From an archaeon (GTDB lineage Archaea; Iainarchaeota; Iainarchaeia; Iainarchaeales; JAAZKV01): DNA of 57,111 nt. Shown piece after piece: positions 46,301 through 52,843 of this stretch. The translations under genes and the position numbers were made by a program. The stretch is from positions 1 to 57,111 of the forward strand of contig JAVHOV010000007.1 of NCBI GenBank assembly GCA_036170245.1, given 5' to 3'. The notes beneath the pieces are model-generated. The model ran no database searches, had not been told where the DNA came from, and worked only from the letters and a program-made list of their open reading frames with translations. The stretch's first letter is position 1. The number at the start of each line of letters is the position of its first letter.

Positions 46301-48047
46301 AAAAGTTTATTCAAGAAATTTTTCAGTCTTAAGAATGCAGTTTCTGAGTGATGGTGCATATTATTCAATAAAAGAGCTTACAAACGGAAAGTATTACTTT
46401 ACTCCACTTTTTATCAAAAGTTCTGATGAAGTGGTTAATGCTTATTATGATTTCTCTTCTCCCGAGCAGGATCCTAAAAAGATACTTTCTTACTTGAATG
46501 AAAATATTCCTTTTGTAAAAGAAAAGTTTTCAGAAATAAAAATTGTTTGCGCGAAAGTGAATGAAATAATAAAGAAAAATGATTTTTCAAAAGCAAGGTT
46601 TGTTTTTGATAGTGTGAAAAAGGTTCAGCCGTTTAGTACACTCGGAAAATTGATTGGAGAAGTTCCTAATCCTCCAAAAGATTTGTTTGATATCTTTGCA
46701 GGATTTAGGTTTGACTATGATGGGTTAATGTATAGGGCTGAAAAGTTCTTGCTTGATAGTGCAAATAAAAAAGGATTTGATGATGCTGATTATTTGACTT
46801 TTGAAGAAATTTTTGAAGGAATTGAAGCAAAGAATCTTCTAGAACGTAAAAAAGGATTTGTGTTTTTCAGAGGAGAAATAGTTTTGCTTGAAGATAAGGA
46901 TGAGTTTCTTAATAAAAATAATATTATAATTAAAGATCAAGATTTTGGCAAAACTAGTGATTTTTCGCTAAAGAAAGTTGAAAAATCCATTTCAAGGGAT
47001 TTGCCGCTGTCCAATAGTTATGTATGGCATTATGGCTATTCTGAAGGAATGCTAAAAGAACTTGAGTGGAGGTATTCTGACACTATTTTCTATCAGCATG
47101 AAGGGCACGTTGACATTATTCGCGACCCAAATGAGCAAAATGTTTTGTTTAAGGAATTTGTTTATAGCAAAATTAAATCTTCGAAAGATTGGTTTTCAGC
47201 TCTTTCAAAGCGCTATTCTGATCTTCTAAATGAAGCAGATGATTTTTATAAAAAGAATAATTCTATTGATAAGAAATCAAATAAGAAAATTGCGAAAATA
47301 CTTTTGGAATATAATTTGTTAATCGGAAAAATAATGGGTCCTTTTATTGTGATGTACTGGATTCCTAATTGGTTTGAAAAAGAATCTGATCTAAAAAAAG
47401 AAATTGGAATTGCGATTAAATATAGGAAAGCTTCTGAAGATATTTTTCCAAAAGGAGATGAACTTGTAAGAAAGATTCTTGGTCGAGTAGAAAATGAATT
47501 AAAATTGGAAAAAGGTTTAAAGAATTTTATTAGTTACTCTGAATTGCTGAATTTTTTGACCAAAGGGGTATTGCCTGACAATAATTTGCTTGTTAAAAGA
47601 AAAGAAGGAATCATTTTTTCAAATGCAAGTTTAATGGCTGTAAATGAAGATAATTTGGATGTTGAACTTGCAAAGCTTGGATACTATTATGAAAGAATAT
47701 CCCAAGATAAAGTTAGCCAAATAAAAGGGCAGAGTGCTTTTAGAGGCAAAGTATGTGGCAAAGTAAAAATAATTCTAAATAAGCATGAAATAAAGAATTT
47801 TCCTCAAGGTTGTGTCTTGGTCTCCTCAATGACTACTCCTGAATATGTTCCTGCGATGAATAAAGCAATCGCATTTGTAACTGATGAAGGCGGAGTGACT
47901 TGCCACGCAGCAATTGTTTCAAGGGAACTAAAAGTTCCTTGCATTGTTGGGGCTAAAATTGCTACTAAAGTTTTGAACAACGGTGATTTAGTTGAAGTTG
48001 ATGCGAATAGCGGAATTGTCAAAATACTAGAAAAATCAAAAAAGTGA
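42363..48047 (+). CDS. Giant PEP-synthase/PPDK-family protein: one N-terminal ATP-grasp (PPDK_N) domain, three PEP-utiliser phosphohistidine swivel domains, no PEP/pyruvate TIM-barrel domain
   Basis: An uninterrupted ORF (ORF track 42357-48047; first ATG at 42363). N-terminal motifs are [50 protein letters not shown] and [20 protein letters not shown]. There are three copies of G(G/S)xT(S/C)HAAI(V/I)(S/A)RE...PC(V/I)xG. Confidence 0.85.
   Translation: [1894 protein letters not shown]
44574..44888 (+). other. Domain: phosphohistidine swivel (PEP-utilisers mobile) domain 1; catalytic His codon at 44763-44765
   Basis: [21 protein letters not shown]...[44 protein letters not shown]...[10 protein letters not shown]. 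Confidence 0.8.
45948..46256 (+). other. Domain: phosphohistidine swivel domain 2; His codon at 46131-46133
   Basis: [18 protein letters not shown]...[44 protein letters not shown]...[10 protein letters not shown]. Confidence 0.8.
47721..48029 (+). other. Domain: phosphohistidine swivel domain 3; His codon at 47904-47906
   Basis: [18 protein letters not shown]...[44 protein letters not shown]...[10 protein letters not shown]. Confidence 0.8.
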
Positions 48048-48108
48048 AACGAAAAGGGTTTAATTTGATTTGTGTTATTTTTATGTGTATTAAACTTGTG
48101 GTGAATTA

Positions 48109-48720
48109 ATGGATGAAAAGATTTTTGAAGAGATAAAGACTTTAGCAAAGCCTTTTTTGCTTGAGGGTAAATCAGAGGACTTAATGCATTCTTTGAGCGT
48201 GGCTGAGAGTGTTAAGATTCTTGCAGATGATGAGAGTCAGCTTGATATTTTGTTGCCATTTGCGGTGTTGCATGACACTGGGAACTCTTTTGTATTAAAG
48301 GAAGATTTGCATTATATCCAAGGTAAAACAATAGTTGAGAATGGGAAATTATTTCATGGTCTTGCTGGTGCAAAAATCGCGTTTAAGATACTCTCTTTGA
48401 TAAATTATGATTCAGAAAAGACTAGGGAAATAATTGATTTAATAAAGGTTCATGATTTTGATGACCCTAAATTTTTTACTAAACGAGTTTGGCAGATTGC
48501 AAAAGATGCTGATTGTTTAGATCGAATGAATATACCTCGATTAAAGGAAATGATGAAGACAAGGGGCATGTCTCCAATTCAAATTCTTGATCTTGTTAAG
48601 AGTGTAAATCTTTGGTTCTTTACTCAAAACGCGTTGGTTGAATTCAATAAAAGGCAGAATGCTTTTTTTGAAGAATTTCAACTTGACAAGAATTTGATGA
48701 TAAAACCCAAAATTGTTTAA
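48109..48720 (+). CDS. HD-domain metal-dependent phosphohydrolase
   Basis: HSLSVAESV ... AVLHDTGN ... VHDFDD motifs. GTGGTGA precedes the ATG. It starts 61 nt downstream of the giant ORF. Confidence 0.6.
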   Translation: MDEKIFEEIKTLAKPFLLEGKSEDLMHSLSVAESVKILADDESQLDILLPFAVLHDTGNSFVLKEDLHYIQGKTIVENGKLFHGLAGAKIAFKILSLINYDSEKTREIIDLIKVHDFDDPKFFTKRVWQIAKDADCLDRMNIPRLKEMMKTRGMSPIQILDLVKSVNLWFFTQNALVEFNKRQNAFFEEFQLDKNLMIKPKIV

Positions 48721-48891
48721 TGAATTATCTTTAAAGAAATAGTTCAGTTTGTGGTTAAGGTGTTCTTTTTGTTACATTCAAACCTAATTAGTTATTAATA
48801 ATCAACAAGAATGAGTATTTATTATGAAAGCAGGTATTTTTCAAAGTAGTCTATTTCACCTCAGTAACTCTATTTTTGTAATTATTCCTGC

Positions 48892-48971
48892 CCCGTAAAA
48901 CTCGCTGCTTTTAGTTAACTAAAATGCAATGCGAGTACTTTTTTTGAAAAATAATTAAACTCTTTTACGGG
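48892..48971 (+). promoter_or_regulatory. Structured leader upstream of proB: long-range 9-bp stem enclosing a hairpin plus T7 tract
   Basis: CCCGTAAAA (48892-48900) pairs with TTTTACGGG (48963-48971). The inner stem is CTCGC (48901-05) / GCGAG (48931-35), around the palindrome TTTTAGTTAACTAAAA, and is followed by TACTTTTTTTG. The 3' arm runs into the GGGAGGGG Shine-Dalgarno-like element. Confidence 0.4.
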
Positions 48972-48983
48972 AGGGGTTGGAGA

Positions 48984-49732
48984 ATGGATATTAGTGGTTA
49001 TGATTTATTGGTAATTAAGATTGGAACAAATAGTATAATTAAAGGAAATGAATTGGATAAAGATTTTTTGCAGGAACTAACAAGAGAAGTAAATATTCTA
49101 AAAAAGAAGAACAAAAAAGTAGTAATTGTAACAAGCGGAGCAATAGGAATTGCAAAATTAAAGTTAGGAATTGTTCCAAAAAATATTAAAGAACAGCAGG
49201 GACTCTCAGCGATTGGGCAATTAATGTTAATGCAGGAATATTCAAAAAGATTTGAATTAATTGGTTTAACTCTAGCTCAGGTATTAGTTTCTCAAAGAGA
49301 TTTAATGGATAAGAATTGTTTAGAGAATATAAAAAATACTTTTGATTTTCTCTTTGAACAAAATATTGTTCCAATAGTTAATGAGAATGATGTAGTTTCC
49401 ACTGAAGAACTTCAAAAAAATGGATCTTTTTCAGATAATGATGTTCTCTCTGCAATTTTAGCAAAGCAATTGAAAGCGAATCTTTTAGTGCTTGTAACCG
49501 AAAAAGGTGGGTTAATGGATGAAGAAGGAAAAATAATTCCTTTTCTAAAAGATACTTCAAGTATTAAGGATTTAGGGACAAAAACTTCCTCAGGAAGAGG
49601 GGGAATTGCAACCAAATTAAATGCAATTAATATTGCAAAAGATTATGGGCAGATGTATTTGTAATTGGTCCAAATGATTTAGTCCTTTTTGAGAGTGAAA
49701 AAGTGGGGGGTACATTAATATCAGCGAAATAG
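48984..49732 (+). pseudogene. proB: Glutamate 5-kinase (ProB, kinase domain only) interrupted by a frameshift at about 49647-49650
   Basis: LVIKIGTNSI, VVIVTSGAIG, IVPIVNENDVV, FSDNDVLSA and GGIATKL match ProB. Frame 1 stops at 49664. Re-reading G49649 (GCA GAT GTA...) gives ADVFVIGPNDLVLFESEKVGGTLISAK*, ending at 49732, which is the expected ProB C-terminus. Confidence 0.8.
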
Positions 49733-49795
49733 AGGTTTTGAAAACTTTTAAAACCCCTTAGGAGCACTACTTTGGTATTAATTGAGTGGATTATT

Positions 49796-51250
49796 ATGGC
49801 TGAACAAATAAAATTACCTGATTATACTAACCAGCCAAGTGAATGGTATACCCAAATAATAAAAGAAGCTGAATTAGCCGATATTAGATACGGTGTAAAA
49901 GGATGTTTAGTTTTTCAGCCTTGGTCAGTTGAAGCAATGGAATTAATGTATGATTTTCTAGAAAAGGATTTGAAGAAAAGAGGACACAAGAATTACTGGT
50001 ACCCGACTTTGATTCCTGAAAGTTATTTTTACAAAGAAGCTGAGCACATAGAAGGTTTTTTTCCTGAAGTATTTTGGGTAGAGAAAGGTGGAAATGATAA
50101 ACTTGAAGAACGTTTAGCTTTAAGACCAACAAGTGAAACTGCTTTTTACACAATGTTCTCTTTATGGATTAGATCATACAAGGATTTGCCATTTAGAACT
50201 TACCAAAGAGCAAATGTTTTCAGATATGAATCAAAAGCAACTAGACCATTTTTAAGAAGCAGAGAATTTCACTGGATTGAAACTCACTGTGCTTTTGCAA
50301 CTGAAGAAGAGGCATTTCAAAATGTAATGGATGACATGGAGTCAACAAAAAGAGTTGTGTTTGGAATTTATGGTGTTCCTACAATTGTATTTGAAAGACC
50401 TGCTTGGGATAAATTTGCAGGGGCTCATAGAACCTTTGGTGCAGATGCAATTACTCCAAGCGGAAGAGTAGTTCAGCAGCCAAGCACCCACATGATTAAC
50501 CAGCACTTTGTAAAATCATTTGGAGTAAAATACACTGACAAGGATGAATTGGAAAAAACTCCTTGGACTACTTGCTATGGTCCAGCTATTTCAAGAATTT
50601 TTGCATCCGTTGTTTTGACTCATGGAGACAATAAGGGATTAAAGTTCCCTTTTGAAATTGCTCCAAAGCAAGTAATAATTGTTCCAATAATGGCTGAGAA
50701 GGAACCTAAAGTTTTAGTGAAAGCAAAAGAACTTTACAATAAATTGGAAGAAGCAGGTTTTAGAGTTGAAATTGATGCGAGCGATAAGCGACCTGGTGAA
50801 AAATATTATTTTTGGGAAATGAAGGGAGTTCCAATTAGAATTGAAGTTGGTCCAAGGGATTTAGCAGAAAATAAATTAATGCTTTACAGAAGAGATACAG
50901 AAACTAAAGTATCTATTTTAGAAAAAGATTTGCTAATTGAAGTTGCAAAAAATGGTAAGGAGTTAAGTGCAAACTTAAAAGCTAAAGCAAGTTCTAGCTT
51001 TGAGGGATTGATTAAGGATGTTAATAATATTGAAGAAATTAAATCAATTGTAGGAACTGGAATTGCAAGGGCAAATTTCTGCTCGGTTGAAAAAGACGGG
51101 GAGAATTGTGCTGAAGTTGTTGAGAAAGAAACCGGCGGAAAAATAAGAGGAACAAGAATTGATGTTAATGATAAATTAATCGGTAATTGCAATTGTGTTG
51201 TGTGTGGGAAAAAAGCAACTAAAGTTGTTTACATTGCAAAAGATTACTAA
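49796..51250 (+). CDS. proS: Prolyl-tRNA synthetase (archaeal/eukaryal type)
   Basis: GCLVFQPW, LRPTSET, FRYESKATRPFLRSREFHW and a C-terminal zinc-binding-type domain (CNCVVCGKK). ATG at 49796 is preferred over the TTG at 49772. Confidence 0.9.
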   Translation: MAEQIKLPDYTNQPSEWYTQIIKEAELADIRYGVKGCLVFQPWSVEAMELMYDFLEKDLKKRGHKNYWYPTLIPESYFYKEAEHIEGFFPEVFWVEKGGNDKLEERLALRPTSETAFYTMFSLWIRSYKDLPFRTYQRANVFRYESKATRPFLRSREFHWIETHCAFATEEEAFQNVMDDMESTKRVVFGIYGVPTIVFERPAWDKFAGAHRTFGADAITPSGRVVQQPSTHMINQHFVKSFGVKYTDKDELEKTPWTTCYGPAISRIFASVVLTHGDNKGLKFPFEIAPKQVIIVPIMAEKEPKVLVKAKELYNKLEEAGFRVEIDASDKRPGEKYYFWEMKGVPIRIEVGPRDLAENKLMLYRRDTETKVSILEKDLLIEVAKNGKELSANLKAKASSSFEGLIKDVNNIEEIKSIVGTGIARANFCSVEKDGENCAEVVEKETGGKIRGTRIDVNDKLIGNCNCVVCGKKATKVVYIAKDY

Positions 51251-51255
51251 TCTTT

Positions 51256-52173
51256 ATGGATGAAAAATTAGTGCAAGTTGCAAGAAAAGTCCTTTTTGAT
51301 TTTCTTGGCGCAAGAAAAAATTCTAAGATTCTTTTAGTTAATGATTATGAACCAAATATGGTTTATGATTCTTTCAAAATCGCATTAAATGAAAAAAATA
51401 TTCCTTTTGTTGAAGAAAAATTAAGCGAAAGCAGACAAAACAGTGAACCCATTCCAGATCTCTTGCCCATAATGCTAAAATCAAAAATAATTATCGCTCC
51501 TACAAAAAAGAGTATTAGCCACTGTTATGAAACAAAGAAAGCCGTTCTAAAAGGATCAAAAGTAGTTACTCTTCCGGGAGTAACTCCTGATATTTTTATA
51601 AAAATCGGTGAAGCTGATGTAAATTGGATTTGGAAAGAGAATAATAAAATTGCAAAGCAATTGAAAGGAAAAAGCAAAGTTCAAATAACTACTCCTAATG
51701 GAACAAACATTTCTTTTTCAATAAAGAAAAGGGAATTGCACGGGTTGAAGCCGAAAACAAAAGGGTTCATGACTAATCTTCCAACTGGGGAAGTATATTT
51801 GGCTCCAATTGAAGAAACTGCTGAAGGGGAGATAGTAATTGATTATTTTAAAGATAAAATAAACCCTACTGATAAAGCTTGGCTGAAAGTAGAGTGGGGG
51901 AAAATTTCTGATTGGAATGATTCTGCAAAAGAATATATTAAATTACGGCAAGTGGAGAATGGATTTGTAATTGCTGAATTTGGTATTGGTACAAATAAGT
52001 GGCATACAAAACCTATGGGGAATATTTTGCATGATGAGAAAATATTCGGCACAGTGCATATTGCGTTTGGGAACAATATTTCTTTTAGGGGCAAAAATAA
52101 CAGTCCTGTCCACAATGATTTGATTTTGATAAACCCTACTGTTTTAATTGATGGAAAAAAATTAGAATGGTAG
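51256..52173 (+). CDS. M29-family (aminopeptidase T/AmpS-like) aminopeptidase, short form
   Basis: GEVYLAPIEETAEGEIVID, GTVHIAFGNN and PVHNDLIL motifs. Confidence 0.6.
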   Translation: MDEKLVQVARKVLFDFLGARKNSKILLVNDYEPNMVYDSFKIALNEKNIPFVEEKLSESRQNSEPIPDLLPIMLKSKIIIAPTKKSISHCYETKKAVLKGSKVVTLPGVTPDIFIKIGEADVNWIWKENNKIAKQLKGKSKVQITTPNGTNISFSIKKRELHGLKPKTKGFMTNLPTGEVYLAPIEETAEGEIVIDYFKDKINPTDKAWLKVEWGKISDWNDSAKEYIKLRQVENGFVIAEFGIGTNKWHTKPMGNILHDEKIFGTVHIAFGNNISFRGKNNSPVHNDLILINPTVLIDGKKLEW

Positions 52174-52182
52174 AAGAAATTT

Positions 52183-52398
52183 TCAAATTGTTACTTGAAT
52201 AAGTTCTGCTTTTGGGTGCAGTTCATTTGCTTCTTTGGTTACACTTTCCAAGTAAGCTAAAATTGCTTCTTTAACATTTGTGATTGCTTCTTGTTTTGTT
52301 TTACCATCAGAAACACATCCTGGTAAATCTACGCACTTAGCAATGAACACTCCGTTTTGATCTTTGTACAATAAAACTTTGTAATCCATACTAACCAT
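52183..52398 (-). CDS. HicB-like (UPF0150) small protein, last gene of a four-gene cassette
   Basis: YKVLLYKDQNGVFIAKCVDLPGCVSDGKTKQEAITNVKEAILAYLE is paralogous to the HicB at 3280-3519. The ATG at 52398 lies 1 nt after the GNAT stop. Confidence 0.65.
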   Translation of the reverse strand: MVSMDYKVLLYKDQNGVFIAKCVDLPGCVSDGKTKQEAITNVKEAILAYLESVTKEANELHPKAELIQVTI

Positions 52399-52399
52399 T

Positions 52400-52837
52400 T
52401 TAGATTTCTTGTCCCCATACTTCAATAGTACATTCGTCAATTAACCTGTCATGTATTTTTTCAAATTTGAATCCGGTTTTTTTGTACAGTGCTTTTGCAT
52501 CATTGTTTTCTTCTTTTACAAGTAAAAATATTCTTTGTATTTTTTTGTGTTTGCAGTCGTTTATAGTTTGGGCTATCATTGCTTTTGCTATTCCTTGGTC
52601 TCTCCACGCATCTTCAACATAAATCGCATTCAATCTTGCTTCTTTTTTAAAAACAAATAATTCTGTTTCGCAAAAACCAACTTGGATATTTCCTTGTCTT
52701 GCAATTAGTATATCAAAATTTGAATCAGTTATTTTTCCTGCAATCTTATTTTTGCTGAATTCAGTGTATGGAAATTCTGCTTTTATTGTTTCATCAAGCC
52801 ACTCTGCGTCCTCTTTCTTTGCTGGAGTTATATTCAA
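52400..52837 (-). CDS. GNAT-family N-acetyltransferase (TTG start)
   Basis: The acetyl-CoA motif VEDAWRDQGIAKAMIAQ and C-terminal ALYKKTGFKF. 145 aa. Confidence 0.7.
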   Translation of the reverse strand: MNITPAKKEDAEWLDETIKAEFPYTEFSKNKIAGKITDSNFDILIARQGNIQVGFCETELFVFKKEARLNAIYVEDAWRDQGIAKAMIAQTINDCKHKKIQRIFLLVKEENNDAKALYKKTGFKFEKIHDRLIDECTIEVWGQEI

Positions 52838-52843
52838 TCAGTA

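Noticed and set aside
47804-48148. 114-aa minus-strand ORF spanning the end of the giant gene and the start of the HD gene
   Set aside because: It is antisense to swivel domain 3 and crosses an intergenic region. It has no motifs.
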